DNA of 63,991 bases, the filler included, from an uncultured bacterium (GTDB lineage Bacteria; Latescibacterota; UBA2968): assembly GCA_964471275.1 (NCBI GenBank). It is 4 parts of 4 records of this genome, joined end to end, with 100 filler letters (N's around TTAATTAATTAA, not from the genome) between each part and the next. Parts side by side here need not be neighbours in the genome. Positions count along the whole stretch, not along the records: positions 19,519 to 38,701 come from CAYYGZ010000067.1; positions 38,802 to 57,591 come from CAYYGZ010000068.1; 2 more parts are not named here. One strand, given 5' to 3'. Shown piece after piece: positions 31,869-42,701 of this stretch. Position numbers and translations under genes: made by a program. The stretch's first letter is position 1. The number at the start of each line of letters is the position of its first letter. The notes under the pieces are model-generated. The model was not told the DNA's origin. It made no database searches and saw nothing but the letters and a program-made list of their open reading frames with translations.

Positions 31869-33356
31869 ATGGGCCCTGTGACCAGTCGACCCAACCTCGT
31901 CTTCCTCTTCGCCGACCAACTCCGTTACCACTCCTGCGGATTTGCCGGTGACCCATACGCCCATACACCGAACATCGACCGTCTGTCTGCCGAGTCTGCC
32001 AACTGCACGAACGCCATCTCCAACACACCCGTCTGTGCAGCCTACCGGGCTTCGCTCTTCACGGGTAAACACCAGAGCAGTCACGGGATGGTCATTAACG
32101 AACTCCGCCTGAGCCCAGATCACGAGTGCTTTGGCCACGTGCTGACGCGAGCTGGCTATGACACCACCTACATTGGGAAATGGCATCTGTGGGCGAACGA
32201 GCTCGGCCATCATCGTGCAGTTCGTAATGCCTTCACGCCTCCAGGTCCCTACCGGCTTGGGTTTGACGGCTACTGGGCCGGCTATAACTTCAGCCACAAC
32301 TCATACGATGGCGTTTATTTCCAAGACACGTGTGAGCCGCATAGATACGAAGGATACGAGGCGGATGTTCAGACAGAGATGGCGATCAGCCGGCTCACCC
32401 ATCACGCACATTCGGACACGCCTTTCGCCTTGTTTCTCTCCTGGGGGCCGCCGCACGACCCGTGGGGCACAGACAACATCAAGCCGGAGGATTGGAACCG
32501 CTTCAAAGACGTGGACATACCGAACCGACCCAACTTCGCCAGCGAGCAGGATCCGTACGCGGATCGGTGGGCGACTATGGACGAAGCCTATCGACAGAAT
32601 CTCGTGGATAATGTTCGAGGTTACTACGCACAGACGTCCAGCATCGACTGGAATCTCGGCAGAATCCTCGCTCGTCTGAACCAAGAAGATCTCGTCGACA
32701 ACACGCTGCTCATCTTCACCTCTGACCACGGCGAGATGTTTGGCGCGCACGGTAGAAGGGCGAAGAACATCTTCTACGATGAAGCATCTCGCGTTCCGTT
32801 GCTAATCCGGCGGCCTGGACAGATCAAGGCTGGGTCCTGGGACTCGTGCATCAGCACCGTCGATCTCATGCCTACACTCTTGCGTCTCCTCGATCTGACG
32901 ACTCCGACCGCCGCAGAAGGAATGGATCTTAGCACCGGCCTGACCGGAGGAAGTAACTCGATAGACAACTGTGTGATGATGCAAGGCATGGGCACAACGG
33001 CCGCCTGGCGAGATGGGAATGAGTGGCGAGGCGTGCGCGACGACAAGCACACCTATGCTGTGTATCGTCGCGATGGGAGCGAGCATCTCTACAGCAACCG
33101 GTCCGATCCATTTCAACTCGATAATCTTGCCGATCGCCCAGGCCCTTTGCTCGAGGACTATCGCCAGAAACTGGCCGGCCGAATGTCAGATCTGGGTGAC
33201 ACTTTCGAGCCGTGCACTTGGTATGATAAGGCTTGGACCCAGAACCGGAACATCATTCGAGGCGCGCGTGGAGGATCTCACGACTTGGCTGCACTTCAGA
33301 AAATCATCGAGACACATTTCCCGAGCGGCGCTCTGGAGCGCAGCGTCGACGATTGA
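31869..33356 (+). CDS. Sulfatase (S1 family)
   Basis: PNLVFLFADQLR, PVCAAYRASLFTG, GKWHL, PPHDP, TSDHG. Confidence 0.9.
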   Translation: MGPVTSRPNLVFLFADQLRYHSCGFAGDPYAHTPNIDRLSAESANCTNAISNTPVCAAYRASLFTGKHQSSHGMVINELRLSPDHECFGHVLTRAGYDTTYIGKWHLWANELGHHRAVRNAFTPPGPYRLGFDGYWAGYNFSHNSYDGVYFQDTCEPHRYEGYEADVQTEMAISRLTHHAHSDTPFALFLSWGPPHDPWGTDNIKPEDWNRFKDVDIPNRPNFASEQDPYADRWATMDEAYRQNLVDNVRGYYAQTSSIDWNLGRILARLNQEDLVDNTLLIFTSDHGEMFGAHGRRAKNIFYDEASRVPLLIRRPGQIKAGSWDSCISTVDLMPTLLRLLDLTTPTAAEGMDLSTGLTGGSNSIDNCVMMQGMGTTAAWRDGNEWRGVRDDKHTYAVYRRDGSEHLYSNRSDPFQLDNLADRPGPLLEDYRQKLAGRMSDLGDTFEPCTWYDKAWTQNRNIIRGARGGSHDLAALQKIIETHFPSGALERSVDD

Positions 33357-33379
33357 CCCACAAAAGACAGGGAGAGTAC

Positions 33380-35164
33380 ATGGCAACAACAGACGTGCCT
33401 CGACCGGAACACCCCCGACCACAGTTCGTGAGGGACAGCTGGGTAAATCTGAACGGAACCTGGCAGTTCGCCTTCGATTTCGGCAAGAGCGGGGAACAGG
33501 CAGGTTGGCCGGATGATCCGTCCTCATTCGACCAGACCATCACAGTGCCTTTCTGTCCCGAAAGCGTCCTCTCGGGCATAGGACACACAGATTTCATCCC
33601 GGCCTGCTGGTATGCACGCACCTTCACCACGCCTGGGGACTGGTCCGGTAAGCGGGTGCTGATCCACTTCGGAGGATCGGACTACGACACACGCGTTTGG
33701 GTCAACGGGAAGCCGATCGGGCGCCACTACGGCGGGGGTGCCTCATTCACGTTCGACATCACAAATGCACTCACCGGCGGAGAGAATCTTCTCGTCGTGT
33801 GCGCGCACGATGACGTGAGGTCGGGTGTGCAACCTGGCGGCAAGCAGTGCCCCAACCTTCAATCACGTCGGTGCCACTACACGCGAACGACAGGCATCTG
33901 GCAGACGGTCTGGCTGGAAGCCGTCCCGGACGTCAACCTTCATTCCATCCGAATCGTACCGGACCTCGACGGTTCTCGCCTAGTCCTGACTCCTTCGTTC
34001 AGTCACGATGCCCGGAACCACACTGTCAGGGCGACGCTTCTGGGGAGCGCCACAGAAATCGGTGGAGCGGACGCTCCTGCCCTGAATGGCGGAGCCTTTT
34101 CGTTGAGACTGAATGACCCTCGACCGTGGCGTCCCGAGGACCCCTATCTATATGATATACGTCTCGACCTTCAGGAAGACGGTCATACGGTCGATACCGT
34201 CATATGCTACGCCGGCCTGCGCAAGTTCCACGTCGAGGGGAACCGGTTCTACCTGAACAACGAGCCCTTCTTCGCTCGCTTCGTGCTCGACCAGGGGTTC
34301 TATCCGGATGGTGTCTGGACAGCACCAACCGATGCAGATCTCAGGCTCGACATCGAGCTCTCGCTGGCCGTCGGGTTCAACGGTGCACGTCTCCACCAGA
34401 AGGTATTCGAGGAGCGGTTTCACTACTGGGCAGACAAGCTCGGCTACCTCACGTGGGGTGAATTCTATGACTGGGGATTGGACATGGGTCAACCGCAGGC
34501 CAACCACAACCAACAGAGGGAGTGGGCGGAGATCGTGATGCGCGATCGCAATCACCCGTCGATCGTGGCGTGGACGCCGTTCAACGAAACGATCGGAAAC
34601 GCACGCAACCACTTCGAGGCACATCGCCGCACGGTCGAGGAAACCTATGCCCTGACGAAGCGACTCGATCCCACCCGACCGATAAACGACACAAGCGGCT
34701 ATGTCCATGTCCGGACCGACATCTTCACGGTACACGACTACCAGCAGGACGTTTCTGAGTTCGCCAAGAAATACGAATCCGTGGCGCCTGACAATCCGGA
34801 TTCACATCGCCAACACGATGAGCTGTCCGTTCCCTACGCGGGGCAACCCTATGTTGTCGACGAGTACGGCGGAACATGGTGGAATGAATCGGAAATCGAG
34901 AAGGCAAGAGCGCAAGACGCTGGTCGGAAGGGCAGTTGGGGATACGGGAATCGACCGACGAACATCGAGGAGGTCTATCGGCGCATCGAGGGACTGACGG
35001 GGGCGTTGACGAGCCATCCGAACATCTCGGGCTACACTTACACTCAGCTGACCGACGTGGAGCAAGAGCAGAATGGAATCTACAACTACGACCGGTCGCC
35101 GAAGTTCGATACGGAAAGGCTGAAGAGAGCCTTCGAGGCAGATGCTGAGATCGAGAAGGAATGA
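33380..35164 (+). CDS. Glycoside hydrolase family 2 (beta-galactosidase / glucuronidase-like)
   Basis: PRPEHPRPQF..NLNGTW, TGIWQTVWLE, LDQGFYPDG, NHPSIVAWTPFNE, EYGG, YTQLTDVEQE. Confidence 0.9.
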   Translation: MATTDVPRPEHPRPQFVRDSWVNLNGTWQFAFDFGKSGEQAGWPDDPSSFDQTITVPFCPESVLSGIGHTDFIPACWYARTFTTPGDWSGKRVLIHFGGSDYDTRVWVNGKPIGRHYGGGASFTFDITNALTGGENLLVVCAHDDVRSGVQPGGKQCPNLQSRRCHYTRTTGIWQTVWLEAVPDVNLHSIRIVPDLDGSRLVLTPSFSHDARNHTVRATLLGSATEIGGADAPALNGGAFSLRLNDPRPWRPEDPYLYDIRLDLQEDGHTVDTVICYAGLRKFHVEGNRFYLNNEPFFARFVLDQGFYPDGVWTAPTDADLRLDIELSLAVGFNGARLHQKVFEERFHYWADKLGYLTWGEFYDWGLDMGQPQANHNQQREWAEIVMRDRNHPSIVAWTPFNETIGNARNHFEAHRRTVEETYALTKRLDPTRPINDTSGYVHVRTDIFTVHDYQQDVSEFAKKYESVAPDNPDSHRQHDELSVPYAGQPYVVDEYGGTWWNESEIEKARAQDAGRKGSWGYGNRPTNIEEVYRRIEGLTGALTSHPNISGYTYTQLTDVEQEQNGIYNYDRSPKFDTERLKRAFEADAEIEKE

Positions 35165-35436
35165 CAGGCATCCTGGTTCTATTCCTCGCCGGTCTTCTGA
35201 TCGGACGGTATGGTCAGATACCAGCGAGACTGTCACAGTTGATCGATCGTATGACCTTGGGAACCATCATAGTTCTGCTCTTCGTGCTGGGAACAACTGT
35301 CGGGCAGAATGAAGATGTCTTCAGCAGGTTGCCCACGATCGGTTTCGCATCTCTTGCGATCTCGCTGGCGTGCACGGCAGGTAGCGTTGTTCTGGCGTGG
35401 GCCGTCCACAGAGTGGTAGGTTCGCGTGAAAGGTAG
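35161..35436 (+). CDS. LysO/DUF340 family transporter, small subunit
   Basis: Three TM segments, LLFVLG..VG.N, GSVV. Confidence 0.75.
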   Translation: MTGILVLFLAGLLIGRYGQIPARLSQLIDRMTLGTIIVLLFVLGTTVGQNEDVFSRLPTIGFASLAISLACTAGSVVLAWAVHRVVGSRER

Positions 35437-36034
35437 CTTGACCATAGTCGGATTCTTCGTGGCAGGCGTGCTTGTCGGCAGGTTTGGCGTTCTGCCGCCC
35501 ACCTATGATGCATCCGCAACCAGCACCGTTGTTCTATACGCACTGCTTGTTCTCGTAGGACTGTCTGTGGGTGCTGACGCGCAGTCCTGGTCTGCCCTCA
35601 GAACTACCGATATCCGTATCGTTCTCGTGCCTGTTTGCGCGATTTCCGGATCGCTTCTAGGTTCGGTTGGCGTGTGGATGACGATGAATGGCTGGCAGCT
35701 GAACGACGTGATAGCGGTCGGCTTCGGGATGGGCTACTACAGTCTGTCCAGTATTCTGATCGATCAGATCCGGGGTGGCGAGCTCGCCGTTGTCGCATTG
35801 CTCGCCAACATCCTGCGCGAGATCACGACCTTGCTTGCCGCCATACCGTTGCGTCGTCTGTTCGGACCGCTCGCGCCGATCGCGTCAGGCGGAGCAACAT
35901 CGATGGACACCACGCTCCCGATCATCGTGAATGCGTCCGGCAAGGAGTACGCGATCGTAGCGGTCGTCAACGGCTCGATCCTCAGGCTGCTTGCTCCCAT
36001 CCTGGTGACCCTTGCCCTGGGCGCGTCACCCTGA
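35426..36034 (+). CDS. Lysine exporter LysO/DUF340 family
   Basis: GMGYYSLS, LANILRE, GGATSMDTTLP. Confidence 0.85.
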   Translation: MKGSLTIVGFFVAGVLVGRFGVLPPTYDASATSTVVLYALLVLVGLSVGADAQSWSALRTTDIRIVLVPVCAISGSLLGSVGVWMTMNGWQLNDVIAVGFGMGYYSLSSILIDQIRGGELAVVALLANILREITTLLAAIPLRRLFGPLAPIASGGATSMDTTLPIIVNASGKEYAIVAVVNGSILRLLAPILVTLALGASP

Positions 36035-36068
36035 TCGAACCGTAAAATCTCATCTTCAGAGGACAGGT

Positions 36069-36809
36069 ATGTCAGGAAAACAGCTGGAAGGCATAGTTGC
36101 CGTCATCACCGGTGGTGGACGCAGTATCGGGCGTTCGATAGCAATCGCTTTCGCTGGAGCGGGAGCGAAACTGGTTCTGGTGGCCAGAACGGCTTCGCAG
36201 CTCGAGACGGCCACGAACGACATTTCGAGTATGGGTAGTGAGGCACACGCGATTGTCACTGACGTGACGGACAATGACGAAGTCACGGCGATGGCGAACC
36301 AGATCCGCACGGTTCACGATCGGGTCGACATCTTGGTGAACAACGCGGGAGGGGGCGTCGAGAGCAACCACGTGGTGGATTCTGACCCGTCGCTTTGGAT
36401 CCAGGACGTCAACGTCAATCTGGTCAGCGCCTATCTGGTTACGCACGCGATTCTCCCGTTGATGCAACAGGCAGGAGGGAAGATCATCAACACCGGCTCC
36501 GGTATGGGGCACATCCCAGGGGCTGGCAGCTCCGCCTACCACGTGGGGAAAGCCGGGATGTGGATGCTGACCCGATGTCTTGCAGATGAAGTCTGAGAGG
36601 ACGGCATCACGGTAAACGAACTGATTCCGGGCCCCGTCGCAACGGAACTCACAAAGGGTCGAATGGAAGTCGGCGGTCCCCCGTCCTTCTCTCCCAACGA
36701 GTATGTCAAGGGTCCTGAGGATGTGGTCCCGCTGGCTATGTGGCTCGCAACCCAGCCTCCTCACGGTCCAACCGCGCAGTCCTTCAGTCTGACACGTCGC
36801 CCCATCTAG
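36069..36809 (+). pseudogene. SDR oxidoreductase with an in-frame TGA at 36594-36596
   Basis: TGGGRSIG, NNAG, YHVGK; frame continues EV*EDGITVNELIPGPVAT..FSLTRRPI*. Confidence 0.8.
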
Positions 36810-36822
36810 ACGGATTGCTGAG

Positions 36823-37630
36823 ATGAAACGCACGCTCAAACTCATCCCCTTACTGATTCTCATTCTCGCGGCATCTCTCCGGGCAGAACTCTCCCAGTCG
36901 CCGCCCGGAACAGTCAGTATCGCCATCATCCCCGACACGCAACGCTATCGAGGGAAGGGGACAAAGGCAGAACCCGACAGTCAGAATCCGGTAACCAACG
37001 ACGTATTCCATGCCTACACATCCTGGATCGCTGAGAATCTCGAGACCCAGCGCATCATCTTCGTCAGCCACGTGGGGGACATTGTCGACAGGAATGTTCG
37101 CGAACAGTGGGCGGTTGCCAGAGAGGCGATGGACCGGCTGCACGGCCGAATCTCGTACGGGATATCCGTGGGCAACCACGACATGACCCGAGCGGGGGAT
37201 TCATCACTCTTTCAAAAAAAATTTCCCGCATCGCGCTATACGGATCTGTCCTGGTATGGCGGATCCTATTCATCGCCATCGAGCGAGGCAGTATCTGGCA
37301 ACAACGCCAAAAGCTACCAGCTGTTCACGCCGATGGCCACAACTTCCTCTTCATTCACCTGGAGTGTAACGCGCCCGATGACGTCCTCGGCTGGGTGGGC
37401 GACATTCTGGATGCCACTCCGACAGAATCGGCTTCGTGACCACTCATATGAGCCTCGGACCGCTCTACAAGCCAGCAAAAAGCGATGGCTACTTCACGGA
37501 TCCCAAGGGGCTCATGCAGTGGATAAAGCGCCACGAAGAACGCGGCAACTCTCCGCAGCAGATGTGGGACAAGTGCTTCAGCAAACACGCGAATCTTCGT
37601 GCAGTCTTCTCCGGTGACCAAAGCCGCCCC
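36823..37630 (+). pseudogene. Secreted calcineurin-like metallophosphoesterase, frameshifted and truncated
   Basis: Signal peptide, PDTQ, HVGDIVD, GNHD; HLECNAPDDVL and VTTH..FSGD lie in two other frames. Confidence 0.75.
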
Positions 37631-37805
37631 CAGAGCCTGTACTCAGCGACAGCACTCGAATCGTCCTCGACCGGGGGCGCCACCAGTTCACGCTCCCCTT
37701 CCCTCTAGGATAGTGTCGTGTCCCAGTGGTAATATTTCTCTGCCATTCACACAAAGAGCCCGGTAGTCTAGACGAGCCAGGGCCCTGGGTTTATAATCCT
37801 CAATC

Positions 37806-38600
37806 CTAGTGCCCCTCCAACGCCTTCCGCATATCTTCCCCTGTCTTTGCGAGCCAGCTCATCCAAACCACCACATCCGTCCCCATACAGAAGTCTCGTA
37901 CCCCCATATCCAGATACTTCCTCGCACCATCTGGTGAGTTGATCTCGGCCCTCGGATTGATCCCCATCCTCAGCGCCGTCTCGATAACCTGCTTCTCCGC
38001 TCCCATAACGTCCGGATCGTCGTATGCCCGCGGCTTCCCGATACTCAGTGAGTAGTCGGCTGGTCCGAACTGAACCATATCCACACCCTTGACCGAGACG
38101 AGCGCATCGAGGTTCTCCACAGCGGATTTCTTCTCGATCATAATCGCGATCACCGCATCATCCAGTGCCTGCAGGAATTCAGGCGATCCCGAATCGTGGC
38201 CAAAACGTACATAGCGCCGCATGTTCACGCCGTGCTGCCCCCCTCGGTCTGGTGTCTCGGCCCGGACCGCCGTTACACACGCTTCGACATCCTCGACCGT
38301 CCGCACATCGGCAAATAGCAGATTCTGGATGCCGCCACCCATAGCACGACTGGCAATGTGCCCCCGAGGCTCCTGCTCCACCTTGATCATCGCGGACAGA
38401 TTGTCAAACAGGTCAATCGCCCGACCAAGGTTATCAAAAGTATGCAGGTCATACGGCGCATATTCGGACACGTACTCCACCTAATCGAACATCCCGGACT
38501 GCCCGACCATCTCGATCATCGACGGCCACGGGCTGTGGACGTGCGTACCAAGGGTGGGCTTGCTTTCTTTCATCAGTTCTCTGAGTCGATTCGGTCTCAA
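37806..38600 (-). pseudogene. HpcH/HpaI aldolase family with an in-frame TAG at 38481-38483
   Basis: MRPNRLRELM..LGTHVH..GMFD*VEY; MIEKKSAVENLD, FGPADYS. Confidence 0.8.
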
Positions 38601-38701
38601 GTAATCCCCCATTTTCTCGCAGCAATTTACCTAGGTTGCACTGTTGTCAGAATAGTGTTAACAGGTTAGGACCTTGTTCCCTGGGAAATGAGGCTCGCCT
38701 A

Positions 38702-38801
38702 NNNNNNNNNNNNNNNNNNNNNNNNNNNNNNNNNNNNNNNNNNNNTTAATTAATTAANNNNNNNNNNNNNNNNNNNNNNNNNNNNNNNNNNNNNNNNNNN
38801 N
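38702..38801. other. Artificial contig linker
   Basis: N44-TTAATTAATTAA-N44. Confidence 0.97.
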
Positions 38802-38826
38802 ACAGAAAGGCAGAGCCCGGCCATTT

Positions 38827-39263
38827 CTACCTATCCGCTCTTGTCCTTTGCTTGATCTTTCCTTCGTCTTTCATCCCGCTGAACGTATCCTGCCACCGGG
38901 ATGTTTCGAGTTCCTCGAGCTTCGGGCTATGAACCTGGTAGACGTCGACCGCGGATCGCCGCAGACGCCTGAGGCTGTTCTCCAGGGCACCCGAAACAGT
39001 TGCGAAGCTGAAGTCGGTTCCGTCATCAGATCGGCGGGGTGAATATTTCGTCGCGATTACCACATCAGGGTTGTCGCCTACGATACGTCGCAGGACTTCC
39101 TCGCTCCGTCCATCCGTATACCGTTCGGCGGTATCGAAGATCGTGACACCCAGATTGAGCGCGTGTCTCCCCAACTCGTCCCAGTGCCCGTTAGGCTCGA
39201 TCTCTCTCCCAGACCAATCTCGGATACACGCAGACCTGTCTTGCCAAGATTCCGGTATTGCAC
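38827..39263 (-). pseudogene. Aldo/keto reductase fragment (frameshifted, truncated)
   Basis: MQYRNLGKTGLRVSEIGLG in one frame; FDTAERY..SEE, IATK, SLRRL..DVYQVH, GKIK in another. Confidence 0.75.
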
Positions 39264-39269
39264 GGGGTG

Positions 39270-39965
39270 TCAGCCTCGGAGCTTGAGGATGCTGAAGACG
39301 TAGAGTTGCTTCAGGAAGAGGTAGTATTCCTTGACGTTCAGCTTGCTGCTGCTGAATTCGCGGTTCCGGAAGATGAAGGGCGTTTCAGAGTAGCTGCTCC
39401 AGTTGCCCTTGACGAGGATTTCAAGTAGAATCTTGTAGCCCGGAGATGTGAGCTCAACGCCGTCGATCACTCGGCGATGCAGGAAGAAGAAGCCGGCCAG
39501 TGGATCCTGAACGCCTGTCAGCTGTTTTGCGAGAAAGACGCCGGACTGCGAGATGACTTTCCGATACCACGGCCACTTCTCGACGCGGCTATCGGGGTCG
39601 TATCGACTCCCAATCGCGATGTCGACGCGTTCGAGGCTGCGGATCAGGCTCGCAAGGATGACGGGGTCGTGGCTGAGGTCAGCGTCCATCACACCGATGA
39701 GGTCGCGGTCGGAGGACAGCCAGCCTTCCATTACGGCGCTTCCGAGTCCGAGCTTTCCCGCCCGATGGATCACGCGTACAGGGTATTTCTCGGTCAGGGT
39801 TTCCGCGATCTCACCCGTTCCGTCAGGGGAGTTGTCGTCGACGACGATGAGCTCGAGATTGATATCGGTCTCTGGTTCGAGCGCGGTGAAGATTTCCTCC
39901 ACGAGGAGGGGGATGTTCTCACGCTCGTTGTAGGTCGGTATGACGAGTGAAACGGATAGTGACAT
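39270..39965 (-). CDS. Polyprenol monophosphomannose synthase-like GT2 glycosyltransferase
   Basis: PTYNERENI, VDDNSPDGT, MDADLSH, GSRY. Confidence 0.88.
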   Translation of the reverse strand: MSLSVSLVIPTYNERENIPLLVEEIFTALEPETDINLELIVVDDNSPDGTGEIAETLTEKYPVRVIHRAGKLGLGSAVMEGWLSSDRDLIGVMDADLSHDPVILASLIRSLERVDIAIGSRYDPDSRVEKWPWYRKVISQSGVFLAKQLTGVQDPLAGFFFLHRRVIDGVELTSPGYKILLEILVKGNWSSYSETPFIFRNREFSSSKLNVKEYYLFLKQLYVFSILKLRG

Positions 39966-40074
39966 GGACTCCAGATCAGTGGGCGAAGAGGTTTCCTGTT
40001 GTCGTTTACCGGATTTGGGCGGTGCTAGGTCACTTAAGATAGGTCAGGGGACGATCGCGGGGAAGGTCCAGACT

Positions 40075-40973
40075 TCAGGAGGCTGGGATCCAGTAGGTTG
40101 AGAGTGCCCGGTCGATCCCCCGAAGCCGGATCTCCCCCTTCGGTGTGCAGGGGATCCGTTCGCCGATCCGATCGACCACGTTCTGCGAAACCAGGATTCT
40201 GCCAGGTTCGGCTGCGGCTTCCAGACGCGAGGCCGTGTTGAGGGCCCTTCCTCTTATGGTGTAAACCATCTGGTTCTCGCTTCCAAAGTTCCCGACCGTG
40301 CAGATCCCAGAGTCGATTCCCATCTCGATCGCCCTTGCCTGCATCTCCAGAGCCATCTGAGCACAGCGGACGGCGTCTTCCTTCTCACCACGACTCGTGG
40401 GGTCGCCGAAGAATGCCATGATCCCGTCTCCTTCAAACTTATCGAGCGTAGCCCCGTGTGCGAGCAGAATCTCTGACATTTTGTCGAGATAGCTGTTCAA
40501 CCAGAGGGTCAGCTCTTCCGGATCTATCTGTTCCGCCAGTTCGGTAAAGCCCTGGATGTCGGAGAAGAATACGTTCAGGTGCTTCCGGCATGAGGAGATC
40601 TTTGCTTCCGTCTCTCTTTCGAAGATCGATAAACATACGGGGACAGGTATCTGGACAGTTGTCCGGCGAGTGGGGCCATCCGTTCTCGAGCAAACTTGAG
40701 TTCGAGGTGTGAATCGACCCGCCTCATCAGCTCGGTCGGGTTGAATGGTTTTGTGACGTAGTCCACGGCTCCTAGTTCAAAACCCGGTAAGACGTCGTCG
40801 AGCAAGATCAGGTCGGGTTCCACCTTCCCGGCAAGCTCGAGCGCCTGCAGACCGCTCGTGGAAATGTTGATGTGGAAGTGATCACGAAGGATGGTTTCTA
40901 GAACCTGGATGTTGCGAACCGTATCGTCGACAACCAGGATCCTGGGCAGGTTCTGTGAGGGGTTAGCTGTCAA
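40075..40973 (-). pseudogene. Response regulator / class III adenylate-guanylate cyclase, decayed
   Basis: ILVVDD, PDLILLD..GAVDYVTKPF with the receiver middle deleted; after a frameshift FFSDIQGFT, DKFEGDG, VGNFGS, NTASRLE. Confidence 0.8.
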
Positions 40974-41395
40974 TGTATCATCCTGAGCCCGATCTGGATC
41001 CAGCGTCCCTCCTGAGGAGAGAGAAGGAACGTCGAGCCGCCGCCCCCCCCGATGTTGTAGTATCGTCTATCGAGGAGGTGGAGGCCGGTACTTTGACACT
41101 AAAATTTACACTACCCGGGTCTGTTACGGGGCCGACTCCCTCACCAAACCAGTAGAACCTGGGTGAGATCGTCAACCCGCTCGCCTGTCGCTCTGCTCCT
41201 AGACGGATCTTGTGGTTGCTGGCGAATGGGACACTGATCTTCGTGCCTTCGAGCGGGTCCGTCAGTTCGCCATCGAGCCAATCGTAGTGGCCCCAGAAGT
41301 TTAGGCGGCCGATCAAAGGTTGACGTAGAGGCTGTCCTGGGCGATTATTATGGTAGCTGCGCTTCTAATACCCAAAGGGGGTGATCGTTGTGCCC

Positions 41396-41605
41396 ATGTC
41401 GGATCGGATGCGTACCACGATCGATTCGTCCCACAAAGCCGACAAGAAACGTCAACTGGCGGGACAAATCCTTCTCATCGCAACGGTTCTCGTCGTTCTC
41501 TACATCTGCTATTGGGTTATGACCCACGAGGACGGCAGACGTTTCAGAGGAATCGAGAAATTTCGCAGTGACATCGGTGTGACCGAGCTGGTCCGGGTCG
41601 TCTAG
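41396..41605 (+). CDS. Small single-TM hypothetical protein
   Basis: GGGGTGA RBS-like site; hydrophobic ILLIATVLVVLYICYW. Confidence 0.35.
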   Translation: MSDRMRTTIDSSHKADKKRQLAGQILLIATVLVVLYICYWVMTHEDGRRFRGIEKFRSDIGVTELVRVV

Positions 41606-41688
41606 CGAACAGACCCGATAACCAGCCTTAACCCATCGGCGTAAAACTTCCTAAACTTGCTGCGTCCCCGGGGAAACGAGCAAGCGAA

Positions 41689-42315
41689 GTGAAGCCGCTA
41701 TCCAGTTATATTGAATCCCTTTACGAGAATTGGCGCACCCATCGTGTGCCCAGACTGTCCGCCGGTCTGGCCTACTACACGATGCTTTCGCTCGCGCCGC
41801 CACGAGTATCAGTGCGTTAACCGTTCTCTACGGGGCACCCGGGTCTTTGTGCAGCTTCAGGATGCTCTGAACACGATCTGGTAGGTTGAGCCGAAGGTTC
41901 GGCCGACGATCTTCAGGCGACTTCAGAGGCGATCAGCCGCATTTGCCGCGACACTGCTCGCCGAACTCCTTCTTCTCGTACTAGATGTCGTATTGCCGTC
42001 CGTTCGGGCATCACGCCGTTCATCGGCAGTCTGCCGGGTGCCCAGCTCATCTGGCAGATCGCAGATTTTCTTCTGACCTGGCTCCTGGTCGCCTTCACCT
42101 TCGCACTGATCGACAAGGTGCTCCCCGACGTCAAGCTCAAGTGGCGGGATCTGTGGGCGGGTGCCCTTGTTGCGTCTCTCGCCTTCATTGTCTCCCAATC
42201 TCTCGTCGTCTGGTATTTCAGCACCAGCGCAATCGGTTCCGTCTACGGTGCCGCCGGTTCGTTTATCGTGGTCCTGTTCTGGCTCTCTATCTCCAGCCAG
42301 ATCCTGATGCTTCGT
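41689..42315 (+). pseudogene. YihY/BrkB family membrane protein remnant
   Basis: RLSAGLAYYTMLSLAP; FVQLQDALNTIW*; LPDVKLKWRDLWAGA; YGAAGSFIVVLFW, in pieces. Confidence 0.8.
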
Positions 42316-42534
42316 GGTGTTGTTCGTTAGATCCAATTTGACGAACAGGATCGGGCTTCCGTCGAGCTTGTTCTGCAGATCCGTGAAGACAGGACCCATC
42401 TTCTTGCAGCTTCCGCATCAGTCCCCGTGGAATTTTACTGCAATCAGCTTAGGAGTGGATGTCTCTGCCTGCGTCACCCCGGTAAAGCTGAAGGTGATGA
42501 GGATGAGCAGCGCCATGATGCCGCGATATGTCAT
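42305..42534 (-). pseudogene. Secreted thioredoxin-like protein, nonsense mutation and truncated
   Basis: Signal peptide, then AVKFHGD*CGSCKKM (TGA at 42418-42420 in place of W in WCxxC), FVKLDLT. Confidence 0.7.
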
Positions 42535-42701
42535 CGGTATTTCTCCCGTATGTGTGGTGTTCACCGGGTAAACGAACGGCGAGAGGTTTTGATTGCAAAA
42601 AAAAAGCGGGCCGACTATCGTGGAAACCGTGGGCGGAGACGAGGAGCAGCGAGACAAAAGCACCGATATAAATGAACAACGCACCAGGAGAGATGTGAGA
42701 A

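Noticed and set aside
35161..36034. Split LysO as a pseudogene
   Set aside because: Both halves have their own starts, overlap cleanly, and two-gene DUF340 arrangements occur naturally
40978..41316. Possible TonB-dependent receptor fragment (YDWLDG..PFASNHKIRLG)
   Set aside because: Too short and mosaic to call
36594..42420. TGA reassigned to Trp or Sec (TGA at apparent Trp positions in the SDR and thioredoxin-like genes)
   Set aside because: TGG is used throughout and TGA terminates many intact genes. Other internal TGAs fit CGA to TGA changes, and the thioredoxin TGA replaces W rather than C. Simple transitions explain these cases.
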